Positions 27,571 through 37,675 of a stretch of DNA of 49,716 bases are shown here, piece after piece. The notes below the pieces were generated by a model that was given only the letters and a program-made list of their open reading frames with translations, searched no databases and had not been told where the DNA came from. Location of the stretch: the NCBI GenBank assembly GCA_044356455.1, contig JBIKWF010000020.1, positions 1-49,716 on the forward strand, in the 5' to 3' direction. The first letter of the stretch is position 1; every line of letters starts with the position of its first letter. The position numbers and the translations under genes were made by a program. The DNA comes from Bdellovibrionota bacterium. Its GTDB lineage: Bacteria; Bdellovibrionota_C; UBA2361; JBGSMV01.

Positions 27571-30063
27571 CTAAAGCTCCGGAGATTCCAAATAACTTTG
27601 CTGCGTCTGCTCTTGCTCTACCCCGCGCGAGGGCTGAGTACCCTTTACAAAGTACTCCTGAATAACCCCAGGACCGGGCTCAGAAGCGAGCTGCCCCGTA
27701 GCCTTAACGACAAGATACGGCTCAACTCCATCAGGCACACCAAAATCAATTGGCTCGATAGGATCTGGCGGAATGTACTCAATACCAAGCCGCTGGGCCT
27801 CCGCCTTGGTCTCATTCACGAGCTTTTCGTACTCCGCCTTTTCTTCATGACCAAGGAATTCTTTCATGAAATAGAGCCAAATAGGCGCCGCGACGTGGCC
27901 GCCTGTTTCCTTGGCTCCAATATTTTTCTTCAGATCAAATCCCACCCATACCCCCGCAACCCAGTGCGGCGTGAAGCCAATAAACCAGGTATCCATTTGA
28001 TCATTGGAGGTCCCCGTCTTTCCCGCGGCAGGTCTCTGAAGTTCTTTTATCTTCATCGCCGTTCCACTTTGCACGACGCCTTTCATCATATTCGCCATGA
28101 TAAAAGCGCTCGGCTCACTAATAACCTGATGTGCGCGGCTAAGCTTTTCGCGCTCAAAATCAAACAGAACCTTACCATCACGATCGATAATTTTTGTGAT
28201 AAAGGTGCTATCGCAAAGCACTCCCTTGGCCGGGAATGGGCCGTAGGCACGCGAGAGCTCAAGTAGAGTTACCTCACTGCTCCCTAAAGCAATTGAAAGA
28301 TTCCGGCCCAGCCTGCTCTCGATGCCAAGTTTCTTCGCATACTGCAACACGGCATCAACCCCGATGCGCGAGACAAGATCGGCAGAGACAAGGTTTCGGG
28401 ACTTCTCAAGCCCCACTCTCAAGGTTATGTCCCCGAGAAATTTCTCGTCAAAATTCGATGGCGTCCAATATTGATCCCCGACGCGAAAGGTTCGAGGCCT
28501 GTCATCGACAAGAGTGGCGGGGGTATAATTAAAGCCATCGACCGCGGCTAAATACACAATCGGTTTGAAGGCGGAGCCCGGCTGCCGATACGACTGGGTG
28601 GCTCGATTGAAGACACTCTTGCCGTAGTCGTATCCCCCCAACGCGACGAGGACTTCTCCTGTAAAGGGGTCCAGCAGAGTAATGGCACCTTCAAGATCTG
28701 GCGTTTGATCGAGCGCAAGATACTCCTCCTTCGACTCAACCGTCTCACCTGCCGCAACTTTATTCTTCGCATCTGCCTTTTTGGGAGACACTCGAAGCGC
28801 GCGGGATACTTCGATAACGTCTCCCACATGCAGGGCGCGCTCCAGTGGCATAGAAGATACTCGATCCTCTGCATCACGGCGCCTCACTGCCCAAGAAGCA
28901 TCCTTGAGAAAAAGCTCTTTGGTTTCCCCACCCACATATACCGATACGACATCGCCGCGCGGGCCATTTGGTTTAACCTCCCTCACGAGCGCAGGCGTGG
29001 GCTCTCCGAAATCAATTGCTTCGTACGGCTGAGATTTATACTTGGCTTCGAATTGCTCGACCTTTGCGCCTGGGATTTCGCCCAGAGGGCCACGCCAACC
29101 GCGGCGCTTGTCAACGTCACGTAGCCCAGAGCGAAGTGCCTGCTGGGCCATCTTATCGGCTTTCGCATCAAGGGCGGTGTAGATCGTGAGTCCATCTCTA
29201 TCTATATCCAGAGAGCGCCACTGCTCACCGAGAATCCTCCTCACCTCGCTTACATAATAAGGCGCTTGGAAGATATTCTGAGCCGTAGCGGCATACACCT
29301 TTACGTCCTCGCGTAATGCCGCACTCGCCTGGGCTTGTGTAACGAAACCAGACTTCACCATCTGGCCGAGCACATACTGCTGCCGACGACGCGAACGTTC
29401 GGGGTTGACCGTAGGAGAAAACTTCGAGGGGGCTTTGGGAAGCCCGGCAAGAATAGCAGCCTCTGCGAGCGTTACTTCCGACAGCTCCTTTCGGAAATAG
29501 AGGCGCGCGGCTGCCTTAATGCCATAGGCAGTATTCCCGAAAAAAATGGAGTTAAGATAGATCTCGAGAATCTCATCTTTCGAGAGCGCTTTCTCTATCT
29601 GATAGGCCAGCAACGCTTCTTTGACTTTACGAGCAAGTTTCTTTTCAGGAGTGAGCAAAATATTCTTAACCACCTGTTGCGTAATGGTAGAAGCGCCCTG
29701 CTTCGCTCGCCCCTCGGCGAGATTTTCTTTCACCGCACGAAGAATGCTGAATACATCGATTCCAGGATGGGTGTAGAAATTCGCATCCTCGGCGGCAAGA
29801 AACGCGTTCCTCACCACGGGGGGGACTTCTTTGATATTGACCGGGTAACGACGCTCGGAGAAGAACTCTCCCACAAGCGTACCATCACGCGCATACACGG
29901 AGCTGACCGCAGGCGGACGGAAATCCTTTACGGACTCAATACGCGGCAAATCTCGCGTAATGTAATAGTAGCCCCAGACAGCAAAAACGCCGCCTCCAAG
30001 GAAGGCTAGGAGGAACAGCACAGACCCAAAAATAAACAGACGCTTCACTACCGGCCACCCCAA
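27571..30063 (-). CDS. mrcA: Class A penicillin-binding protein 1A
   Basis: N-terminal TM; transglycosylase motifs AAEDANFY.HPG and QGASTITQQVVKN; transpeptidase motifs SAFK, SRN and KTG. Confidence 0.95.
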   Translation of the reverse strand: MGWPVVKRLFIFGSVLFLLAFLGGGVFAVWGYYYITRDLPRIESVKDFRPPAVSSVYARDGTLVGEFFSERRYPVNIKEVPPVVRNAFLAAEDANFYTHPGIDVFSILRAVKENLAEGRAKQGASTITQQVVKNILLTPEKKLARKVKEALLAYQIEKALSKDEILEIYLNSIFFGNTAYGIKAAARLYFRKELSEVTLAEAAILAGLPKAPSKFSPTVNPERSRRRQQYVLGQMVKSGFVTQAQASAALREDVKVYAATAQNIFQAPYYVSEVRRILGEQWRSLDIDRDGLTIYTALDAKADKMAQQALRSGLRDVDKRRGWRGPLGEIPGAKVEQFEAKYKSQPYEAIDFGEPTPALVREVKPNGPRGDVVSVYVGGETKELFLKDASWAVRRRDAEDRVSSMPLERALHVGDVIEVSRALRVSPKKADAKNKVAAGETVESKEEYLALDQTPDLEGAITLLDPFTGEVLVALGGYDYGKSVFNRATQSYRQPGSAFKPIVYLAAVDGFNYTPATLVDDRPRTFRVGDQYWTPSNFDEKFLGDITLRVGLEKSRNLVSADLVSRIGVDAVLQYAKKLGIESRLGRNLSIALGSSEVTLLELSRAYGPFPAKGVLCDSTFITKIIDRDGKVLFDFEREKLSRAHQVISEPSAFIMANMMKGVVQSGTAMKIKELQRPAAGKTGTSNDQMDTWFIGFTPHWVAGVWVGFDLKKNIGAKETGGHVAAPIWLYFMKEFLGHEEKAEYEKLVNETKAEAQRLGIEYIPPDPIEPIDFGVPDGVEPYLVVKATGQLASEPGPGVIQEYFVKGTQPSRGVEQEQTQQSYLESPEL

Positions 30064-30135
30064 GGAAATGCCAAGAGACGAAAATACAAGAGCACGGATG
30101 AACGCAAGAGAAGAGGAAACTTTGCTTCAACCGAA

Positions 30136-30192
30136 GGAACCCCTGAACAAGCTCCATTCTTGGTGAACAGAGGTAAGTTTCTCGGAGGTTCC
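30136..30192. mobile_element. Short, internally deleted MITE-like element
   Basis: GGAACCCCTGAACAAGCTCCATTCTT...AAGTTTCTCGGAGGTTCC followed by CTAG; the ends match those of the 42336-42455 element. Confidence 0.65.
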
Positions 30193-30246
30193 CTAGAGAG
30201 AGAGTGCCTAAGTTTTCGCCACCTTACAACACAAGAGCGTAAGGCC

Positions 30247-31878
30247 CTACTCAGCGCTGCCTTGCTCCACAATCTCTGCTGCTGGTGCAGCCACTGCCCC
30301 CTCAGCGGCTACCTCGGGAGCCGCCACGGAAGCGGCTATGGGTGCGGGAACAAGAACCTCACGACGAGGAAATGCCTTTGCGATTCCCTCAGCACTCAAG
30401 ATAAAGGGCTCGGCAACAATCTTCTCATCCCCAACAAGAATACCCGCAAAATGAGCCCCATTTACCGCTTCCTTCCCTAAAACAAGAGTTGCCTTGGGGG
30501 CTCCTTCAGACGCAAATGAGACCACCACTCGTCTCGACGGCGTTTCAAAGCCAAAATCACGCGACTCCTCTGGGAACCCGTCGGCTCTGAGAAGAGCCAA
30601 ATCAGCCACATACTGGCGCGCAAAGGCGGCGTCAGAGGAAACCGTTGCTCCGGCTGCATCTGCCACATTCCACGTCTCTCCTGAAGCCTTGACGAGAATG
30701 ACTGGCTCGGCCCCAGATTTCGATATTTCGATCTTCTGCGTCTTTTCAGAGTCAAATTGGAAAAGTTGTCTATCTCTTAGATCGTTTCCTGATTTAAAGA
30801 GCTTTGCAGAGAGATCCCCATCCACAAAAAAGAGTGAAGGTACTCCAGACATTGAAACATACGTTCCTGGCCCGCGCCCAAAACTGTCTTTTTCCTTCAC
30901 TACGGCAAAACGAAGCTCAAGAGGCTCTCGCCCTTGGCTGCTGAAGCCAATCGACACCTTGGCAGCTCCCTCAGTAAGTCCAAATTTTTCGGGTGCCTTA
31001 GCCTCCTCCCCGTCAATAAACGCCGAGGCTTTTGCGTTACGAAGGTCGCGTAAAATCTCTGCGACTAAGGCTTCAGAGGCACGGCGAGTGCTGCCCCCCT
31101 CCGCCGAACTGCCCTCGGTTAAAGCCCATTTGGACACCTTAAGCGGAACTTTATTATCCGCTATGGGTGTTGCTTCAAGAGAGACTTTCCCCGCCTGAGA
31201 ATTAAAGCTGACCGTCTTTACGTCGGCATCGAGGAAAGAAACAAACGTCTTCTTACGGAAATCAGTTGCTGCACGATTTGCGCTAATGAAAAGGGTCTCC
31301 GGCACCAAGTACACAGCGGGCGCTTGAGAAGACGCGTCGGGCTGCTCCTGAACCTGAAGATATCTAAGCTTCACGTACTCGTTCTTCTTTCCAAAACGAA
31401 GGGTACGCTTAAATGAACCGCCCTCACTGCGAACCCCCGAGACCGAAAGAACGAGCTCTGGAGAGGAGAGTCCATAGATCGAAAGGTCCTTGTCAACATC
31501 ACTTGAAGGCAGCGACTCGCCAACCTTGAGCCCCAAAAGCGCGGAGGTCAGGGAAGTCAATGCCCCGTCGTCAAGCTGAGCACCTAAGATCTCTCCCAAT
31601 TGCCAATCCGATCCTTTTCCGCTTGAACCCATTGGTTTCTCGGCATCGCCCTCAGCAGCTTTTTCAACTTCTGGCGCGGCTACTGGTTTAAGATTCTTAA
31701 GCAGGAAGGTGTCTTGTCCTTTCTGGACTGCAATTTCAGAGATTGCGCGCTCAGTGAGCTCGCTAAAAAGTTGGTCCTGCTTCTCCTTTTTCTCTCCTGC
31801 GGGAAGCTCAACCAGGTAAATGTAGGCTCCTGCAAGAGCCAGCACGAGTGAAAGAAGTAAGGTTTTCTTGAGGCTCAT
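30247..31878 (-). CDS. DUF4340 domain protein (three repeats), ABC/Gld-associated
   Basis: N-terminal anchor 'KTLLLSLVLALAGAYIYLVE'; repeated 'W....A......L..L.....YGL/FGL..P' modules and LRDR.LF; last gene of the GldA/F/G-like operon. Confidence 0.8.
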   Translation of the reverse strand: MSLKKTLLLSLVLALAGAYIYLVELPAGEKKEKQDQLFSELTERAISEIAVQKGQDTFLLKNLKPVAAPEVEKAAEGDAEKPMGSSGKGSDWQLGEILGAQLDDGALTSLTSALLGLKVGESLPSSDVDKDLSIYGLSSPELVLSVSGVRSEGGSFKRTLRFGKKNEYVKLRYLQVQEQPDASSQAPAVYLVPETLFISANRAATDFRKKTFVSFLDADVKTVSFNSQAGKVSLEATPIADNKVPLKVSKWALTEGSSAEGGSTRRASEALVAEILRDLRNAKASAFIDGEEAKAPEKFGLTEGAAKVSIGFSSQGREPLELRFAVVKEKDSFGRGPGTYVSMSGVPSLFFVDGDLSAKLFKSGNDLRDRQLFQFDSEKTQKIEISKSGAEPVILVKASGETWNVADAAGATVSSDAAFARQYVADLALLRADGFPEESRDFGFETPSRRVVVSFASEGAPKATLVLGKEAVNGAHFAGILVGDEKIVAEPFILSAEGIAKAFPRREVLVPAPIAASVAAPEVAAEGAVAAPAAEIVEQGSAE

Positions 31879-31997
31879 TAGTTAGTTCCTTGAATTCACG
31901 AGACGCGCCCTTCCTGCTTACGACGCCCCCTTATCCAGAAGACCCACAAAGAAGGAACACAGATAAGTTAGTCCCCGGGCCCTCAGAGGTTCCCTGG

Positions 31998-32119
31998 GGA
32001 ACCTCTGAAAAGCCCAGGAACGAGCTTCTTCTGTCCCGTTTCTCCTCCGCGTACTCTGCGTACTCTGCGTTATTAAATTGTTTTCAAGTAACGCGGAGGG
32101 GGAGTTTTTCAGAGGCTCC
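31998..32119. mobile_element. MITE-like element, 122 bp
   Basis: TIRs GGAACCTCTGAAAAGC / GAGTTTTTCAGAGGCTCC. Flanked by CTGG and by CTAG, whose first three bases are the TAG stop of the GldG-like gene on the minus strand. Core CTCCGCGTA CTCTGCGTA CTCTGCGTT...TAACGCGGAG. Confidence 0.75.
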
Positions 32120-33808
32120 CTAGGTAAGCGCAGCTCCCAACATTTTTCTCCGCCACCACACGAGAAGACCTGTAAGCAAGATCAGCTCAGGGATAAGCAA
32201 GCTGGAAACCAAAATCATTTTAAACTGCTCGTCCGTAAGTGGAGCAGTAGACGCACGCATGGACTTGCGGGCGACCGTGATTCCCCCCTCCTCTCCTGCA
32301 AGCCAGTTAACGGCATTGAGGGTAAAATCTTGGTTCGCATACAGTTCAATGTTTGGGTTCTCCAGTAACGAACCGCTACCCAGAACCACAACTCGTGTCA
32401 TCTTCTGAAACTGCGCGGTATCTCCCTCTGCGGAACCTGAGGCCGCAATTTTTTTCTCATAGGCTACCGCGAGTCCGATAGGACCTGGAGCGTCTTCTGG
32501 ATCTTTGCTTGCCGTCCCACCTTCAGGGTTAAACAACGCTTCAAGATTGGATTCACCCCAGGCTGAATCTTTGGACTTAAGGAGAACCGTGTATGTCGCA
32601 TCCTTAACAGATTTCCCCTCAGAACCAGGTACTTCTGACATTGGCCGGACAGAAGCAGTAAGAGAGAGAATGGTTGGACCATTCCGCTCAAGGTTACTGG
32701 TGATTGGATGGGCGCCGTAGTCCGTTACCGCCAGCTGCACACCAAGGGCGGGTGCAGCGAACAAGCGCTGTACCAAGTCGACTACCACCGTATTATCAAT
32801 CTGCACTCCAAAATGTGCCGCCAACTCGCGCACGTCACTTGAGGTCCTGGGATCTCCAAACAACATGAGTCTTCCGCCCTGCTCAGCGTACGTAATGAGC
32901 ATTTCGCGCTCCTGCGGAAGGAGGGGGCGCTTGGGGGCAACAAGGATCACCGCAGCCGCATCGCTCGGCACGGACTCTTTTTGACCAAGAACAATCTCCT
33001 CTGCCGTTAAATGCTCGTCCGTAAGTGCGCCCTTAAGGCGACTTAGTCCCTGCTGGCCTTGATCCTCAAGAGACGACTCTCCATGTCCCGTCACAAAATA
33101 GATCTTTTTCGAGGCCCCACGCGTAAGCTTGATAACCGCGTTGGTCAGCGCTTCTTCAGAAACTTGATTGATGCGGCTCACCGCCTTCTGATCTCCCTCC
33201 CCATACTCGATGTACAAGAGGTTCCCTTCCTTCATTTCGTAAACGTCGACCAGGTGAGGCTTGGTGCGAGGATTTACAATCTCAGTCTTTACCTGAGCGC
33301 TATTGTGGTACCGATAGAGAGCTAGAAGCTCTTCGATTTCGTTGTCACTTACTTGGGGAGAGCCCGTGAAGGCTACGAGCTTAAGTGGTTTTGAGAGCCC
33401 CTCGATCAATTTCATGCTTTGGGGAGTGAGGCTATAGACGCCACTTTCGGTCAAATCCCAACGTCTGTCGTAGCGGTGAGAGAACCAATAGACTACTCCC
33501 AACAAGCCGACAAAAACCGCCGTGTAGAGTCCCGCATTCAAGCTAAAACGCGCCGCGCGACCAAACCCAACTTTGCCCCCTTGCCCCAAATTCTTGGAGC
33601 CCCGTGAGAAGAACCAAACCGCGATAAGTGAACCACCCACAACAAAGTGCAGAACGATGGGCAGCCACGTGAAGCCAAGCACGAGCCCCGCCGAGACGCC
33701 AAAAAGCAGCGCCACCAACCCGAGAATTCCAAGAAAGCCCGACCATTGATTCACAGCCAACTTATTCATACGAACCTTAGAGATAAACTTCGAGATAAAG
33801 CTGTCCAA
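32120..33808 (-). CDS. GldG-family ABC transporter auxiliary membrane protein
   Basis: N-terminal TMs, RWDLT..G.YSL..QS, IYFVTGHGE, N.DF.LNAVNWL, and a C-terminal TM ending WWRRK; start may be 33769. Confidence 0.85.
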   Translation of the reverse strand: MDSFISKFISKVRMNKLAVNQWSGFLGILGLVALLFGVSAGLVLGFTWLPIVLHFVVGGSLIAVWFFSRGSKNLGQGGKVGFGRAARFSLNAGLYTAVFVGLLGVVYWFSHRYDRRWDLTESGVYSLTPQSMKLIEGLSKPLKLVAFTGSPQVSDNEIEELLALYRYHNSAQVKTEIVNPRTKPHLVDVYEMKEGNLLYIEYGEGDQKAVSRINQVSEEALTNAVIKLTRGASKKIYFVTGHGESSLEDQGQQGLSRLKGALTDEHLTAEEIVLGQKESVPSDAAAVILVAPKRPLLPQEREMLITYAEQGGRLMLFGDPRTSSDVRELAAHFGVQIDNTVVVDLVQRLFAAPALGVQLAVTDYGAHPITSNLERNGPTILSLTASVRPMSEVPGSEGKSVKDATYTVLLKSKDSAWGESNLEALFNPEGGTASKDPEDAPGPIGLAVAYEKKIAASGSAEGDTAQFQKMTRVVVLGSGSLLENPNIELYANQDFTLNAVNWLAGEEGGITVARKSMRASTAPLTDEQFKMILVSSLLIPELILLTGLLVWWRRKMLGAALT

Positions 33809-33829
33809 ATTACCGCGAGAAACTACCTT

Positions 33830-34618
33830 CTATCTCCAGCGGTGCGCATCAAGCGCACGCTGGGAAAGAAACAGCCCAAGCACAATCAAGGCCACGAAAT
33901 AGGTTATCGATTGGAGGCTAATGACTCCTCGCACAAAATCTTGCATCTGCAGCACGGGAGACAGCGACTTGAGCACCGCTGCCGCAGGCCCCTCCATGGT
34001 TTCAGCAGGCGAGTGAATTACATAAAGAAGGAGAAGCGTCACGATTCCACTCACCGCAGCGACAATCTGATTCTCCGTAAAGGCGGAGACGGCAAGCGAA
34101 ACGCTGGCAAACGCGAGAGAGCAGAGGAAGAGCCCAAGCCATCCACTCAAAATAGGATTGAGCTCGGGACCAGGGTCGCCGAAGTAGACAAGAAGCAAAG
34201 GAAACGCAAAGCAAAGCCCGCACATAACGAAGAGCACCACCGCAACGCCAAGAAATTTCCCCAGCACAATGCTCAGCACAGACAACGGCGAGGTAATCAG
34301 CAGCTCAAACGTCCCACGCTTTCGCTCCTCAGCCAGGAGCCGCATGGTGAGGACAGGCGTAAGGAATACGAGAATAATCACCAAGGTAAAATAAAAGGGC
34401 TCCACTACCCATTGATTGAGATTGGGCCCCTCAGCGCCGGGATTGTAACTAGCCATGGCCTGATAGCGCATAAACATCACGCTAAAAATTCCAAGCAAAT
34501 TAAAGAAGAAGTACCCGGCCAGGACAACAAAACCCGCGATTACAAAGTAAGCAACGGGAGAAACGAAGAAGGAAAGGATCTCCCTTCTGCAGATTGCTAA
34601 GGTGTTCTTCATGCGCAT
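33830..34618 (-). CDS. ABC-2 type permease (GldF-like)
   Basis: I.RREI.SFF.SP.AY, LTMRLLAEERKRGTFELL.TSP...IVLGKF, T.NQIVAA. Confidence 0.88.
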   Translation of the reverse strand: MRMKNTLAICRREILSFFVSPVAYFVIAGFVVLAGYFFFNLLGIFSVMFMRYQAMASYNPGAEGPNLNQWVVEPFYFTLVIILVFLTPVLTMRLLAEERKRGTFELLITSPLSVLSIVLGKFLGVAVVLFVMCGLCFAFPLLLVYFGDPGPELNPILSGWLGLFLCSLAFASVSLAVSAFTENQIVAAVSGIVTLLLLYVIHSPAETMEGPAAAVLKSLSPVLQMQDFVRGVISLQSITYFVALIVLGLFLSQRALDAHRWR

Positions 34619-34681
34619 CACCACTAAAATTACTATAGAATTAGAGCCGCTCAGGCCAGCCGAGGCGCCGTCCCCCTTCGC

Positions 34682-34722
34682 GGTCTCAGTGGCTTAGAAA
34701 AACTACCACTAAGAACACGAAG
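34682..34722. repeat. Degenerate palindromic 9-bp-period element
   Basis: GGTCTCAGTGG...CCACTAAGAACACGAAG between ABC genes; similar to 5716-5743. Confidence 0.4.
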
Positions 34723-34729
34723 TATATTT

Positions 34730-35479
34730 TTAGAGCGCTGCGGAAACCCCAGCGCCCTCCGCATCCGGCTCCGCGGCCTCGCGGCTCACACACTCAATAA
34801 ACACTTGCTCAAGAGATTGGTCGCCAAGCTCGCTAAGCTGCTTTTCAAGCACAATCGAACCGCGGTTAATAATCACCACTTTGTCACACACCATGGAGAC
34901 CTCAGGGAGAATGTGCGTGCTAAGAATGACGGTGTGTTGCTGGGCAAGAGACTTAATGGTCTGACGGATTTCAATGATCTGCTTGGGGTCAAGACCACTG
35001 GTTGGCTCGTCCAGAATGATAACTTCAGGGTCGTGTATAATAGCCTGAGCAATACCCACGCGCTGCCGAAACCCACGCGACAGATGCTGACAGAGCTTGC
35101 GCCTCACATCACCAAGCACACAGCGCTCCACTACCCCAGCCACACTTGAGGTAAGCCGAGAACTCTCGACGCCCTTTATCCGGCCAACAAAAAAGAGATA
35201 CTCTTCAACAGTCATTTCGCCGTAAAGAGGTGGGGTCTCAGGCAAATACCCAATCCGGCGCCGAACCTCATCAGCCTGACTGACGATATCAAAGCCTGCC
35301 AGCGTGGCGGTTCCAGAGGAGGGCGGAAGATACGTCGCAAGCATTCGAATGGTAGTGGTCTTTCCCGCACCATTCGGTCCAAGAAATCCAACAATCTGAC
35401 CCTTCTGAGCAGAGAAGCTAATAGCGGAAACTGCCGTATAGTCTCCGTAGTGTTTGGCAAGCTTTTGCACTTCAATCAT
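34730..35479 (-). CDS. ABC transporter ATP-binding protein (GldA-like)
   Basis: GFLGPNGAGKTTT Walker A, LSRGFRQRVG signature, ILDEPTSGLDP, LSTHIL; start placed at MIEVQKL. Confidence 0.93.
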   Translation of the reverse strand: MIEVQKLAKHYGDYTAVSAISFSAQKGQIVGFLGPNGAGKTTTIRMLATYLPPSSGTATLAGFDIVSQADEVRRRIGYLPETPPLYGEMTVEEYLFFVGRIKGVESSRLTSSVAGVVERCVLGDVRRKLCQHLSRGFRQRVGIAQAIIHDPEVIILDEPTSGLDPKQIIEIRQTIKSLAQQHTVILSTHILPEVSMVCDKVVIINRGSIVLEKQLSELGDQSLEQVFIECVSREAAEPDAEGAGVSAAL

Positions 35480-35725
35480 GAGAGCACTCTCGGAGGAGAA
35501 ACGTATTAGAAACAACCGCGCTTCAAAGAGAGACCTTAAAGCGAGACTTCCGAGGGCACTATATTTAATTAAATCAAATAAATACCCCCAAGAAAGCTGC
35601 AAGCTCAGATAACGCAAAGCTTCGGAGAGCACAAGAGCACAGAGGCGCGCGTCTGAATCACCGAAAAAGCTGGGAGTTCGAAGGTGGAGAATGGAAGAGC
35701 ATGGCGATAACGCCGTTCTACAAAG

Positions 35726-36637
35726 CTAGGGCTCAGTATTATTCATGACTTCACTGATCCGTCCATCGCAATCAATGATGTACTCACGTCCTGCCATACG
35801 CATCTTTCCGCGCGTACAGCCGTTACCATGAGTCGGGCGAGCATCTTCGCCGCCACCAACTTTGGCTGCGGACATATCCGTAACGGCCGAAGCTTGCACG
35901 TCATCGGAAGCTCTCATAATGAGACTTATGCGCCCCATTTGACGAGCGGTCTGAATCTTAAGCGCATCTTCGGTTGAAACTTCAAGAGTCATAGTTCTGC
36001 TAAGAGCCGCAGATGCTTTCTCTACAGGAGAGCGGCGTGTCCCAGGAGTCACATCTCCGCCATAGGATAACACCCGCGCATTTTGGCAAATCACTTTACT
36101 CGTGAGCTTGCCATCCTCGTGATAGGTCAGCACGACGTCGACACGCGTGCCCGGCAGCGCATGTCCTTCTAGTCCAGAGGTTGCATCCACATCGATTGAT
36201 ACCGCCCGCATCCCTGGAGTAAGGGGCAGCGAAACGCTCATGGGTTCTGTCGTGATATCAGTCTTTCTTACTGGGACATTAGGCTCGAGATCAATTTTCG
36301 CAAAATGGTTGGCGAACTCCGCCACGTCTCGAACCGCTCCTTCAGGAACTTGATTCCTGGGCCAGAAGACTTCTTTGAATTTTACCTCTTTAAGAGGAGT
36401 CCCTGCACGCACGGTCCGCTCAGGAGTCAATAAACTTACCGTCCCTATGGCAGCTGGGGCCACGGCCTGCACGTCATCACTGCGATCTTGTGTCGCACTC
36501 GCGCTCGTTCTGAAGTTCAATACGAGCACGGTGATAATAAGCAACGATACGGCAAGCCCCGCTGTAGCAATCAGCATGAGCTTGTCGCGGTCTGACCCGC
36601 GGCCTACCATCTTGTTTCGACCGAACCCGTTTCCCAT
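35726..36637 (-). CDS. cpaB: Flp/Tad pilus assembly protein CpaB (RcpC)
   Basis: N-terminal TM, SAF-like region, PGMRAVSIDVD..SGLEG...PG.RVDVVL, QNARVL, TLEV..EDA, G.ISLIMR. Confidence 0.9.
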   Translation of the reverse strand: MGNGFGRNKMVGRGSDRDKLMLIATAGLAVSLLIITVLVLNFRTSASATQDRSDDVQAVAPAAIGTVSLLTPERTVRAGTPLKEVKFKEVFWPRNQVPEGAVRDVAEFANHFAKIDLEPNVPVRKTDITTEPMSVSLPLTPGMRAVSIDVDATSGLEGHALPGTRVDVVLTYHEDGKLTSKVICQNARVLSYGGDVTPGTRRSPVEKASAALSRTMTLEVSTEDALKIQTARQMGRISLIMRASDDVQASAVTDMSAAKVGGGEDARPTHGNGCTRGKMRMAGREYIIDCDGRISEVMNNTEP

Positions 36638-36823
36638 GGAATCAACTTAGATCCTCGAACATCACCACCGGCGGTGACCCGTCCCATACACCGGTACTTT
36701 CGGAAGGTTATGGACATATATTGAGGGGAATTGACTTATAAGGCGAGCTGGGTGGACTCTTCTCGTGAGATGCATTTTTCGAAAGAAACAAACCCAGTAA
36801 TAACAACGACTTGAGAAACTGCC

Positions 36824-37510
36824 ATGAAGAAACTTACTCCCACAGTTTTTCGTATGTCTGCCCTCGGCCTGAGCCTCTGTTTTCTTCATCTTAGCCTCTC
36901 GGGCTGCGCATTTCTCGGAGATTTTAGTCAGGGGCTATTTTCCGACGAAAACAGCGCTGCGAGCGAGTCCTCTCCGCTTAAAAATGGCCGAATGAGCTCT
37001 AAGCTTGCCGCACTCAAAAAAGACACAACGCGCCACTCCAATTCCGCAGAAAGTCTCAATCAGCAGCAAGAAGAGTCGAACGTAGGGTCGAGTAACATCG
37101 CCGCGAAGGAGCAAGAGCCACTGGCGAGGGCCAGCATTTCAGAACTTTCCGGAGTAGCAGGGAGGGGTTCAAGCTCTCCCTCCTCTGAACTGCCCACCTC
37201 TCTGAATGGGAATTCATCTATCACCGGCCTCGAGGTTACGTGGAAAATCCCGGAGAGTCCTGCAGAAGGCTTTGTGCTCTACTTTGGAAGTACGCCAAGC
37301 AGATTAGATTCTCACGTGCGAGTCGCAAGCGATGAACTTGAAACGCTCCCCGATCCCGATGCGGGAGCTCTCTATCGCTATATTATCCCCGACGTACCAC
37401 CTGATGGACCTCTCTTTGTTGCGCTCTCCTCATATACGGGGGCGGAGGAAGGGCCACGCAGTGAACCTGTTGAAGTGCGAAAGCCTGCTTCGCCAGATCA
37501 GGGTAACTAG
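36824..37510 (+). CDS. Lipoprotein with Ser-rich linker and C-terminal FN3-like domain
   Basis: Lipobox LSGC; 'VTW..P....EGFVLYFG......Y.I......F.ALSSY....EG..SEPV' FN3 pattern. Confidence 0.75.
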   Translation: MKKLTPTVFRMSALGLSLCFLHLSLSGCAFLGDFSQGLFSDENSAASESSPLKNGRMSSKLAALKKDTTRHSNSAESLNQQQEESNVGSSNIAAKEQEPLARASISELSGVAGRGSSSPSSELPTSLNGNSSITGLEVTWKIPESPAEGFVLYFGSTPSRLDSHVRVASDELETLPDPDAGALYRYIIPDVPPDGPLFVALSSYTGAEEGPRSEPVEVRKPASPDQGN

Positions 37511-37534
37511 CAATTGAGGGTGGAGGTTCCTCAG

Positions 37535-37665
37535 GGAACCTTTGAAAAACTCACCTCTGTGTACCTTCGTGTCCTCTGCGGTGAATTCCTTGATGAAAAT
37601 TTCACCATAGAGGACGCTGAAGCACACAGAGGTGTATTAGGATTTTGAGGTATTTCAGAGGCTCG
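37535..37665. mobile_element. MITE-like element, 131 bp
   Basis: GGAACCTTTGAAAAACTCACCTCTGTGTACC...GAGGTATTTCAGAGGCTCG; aligns along its length with the reverse complement of 42336-42455. Confidence 0.8.
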
Positions 37666-37675
37666 TTGAATTTTT

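Noticed and set aside
33647..34600. Long antisense ORFs (also 25391-26254, 23000-23701, 27556-28266, 29335-30009, 30494-31198)
   Set aside because: Shadow frames opposite well-supported genes, with no motifs or RBS.
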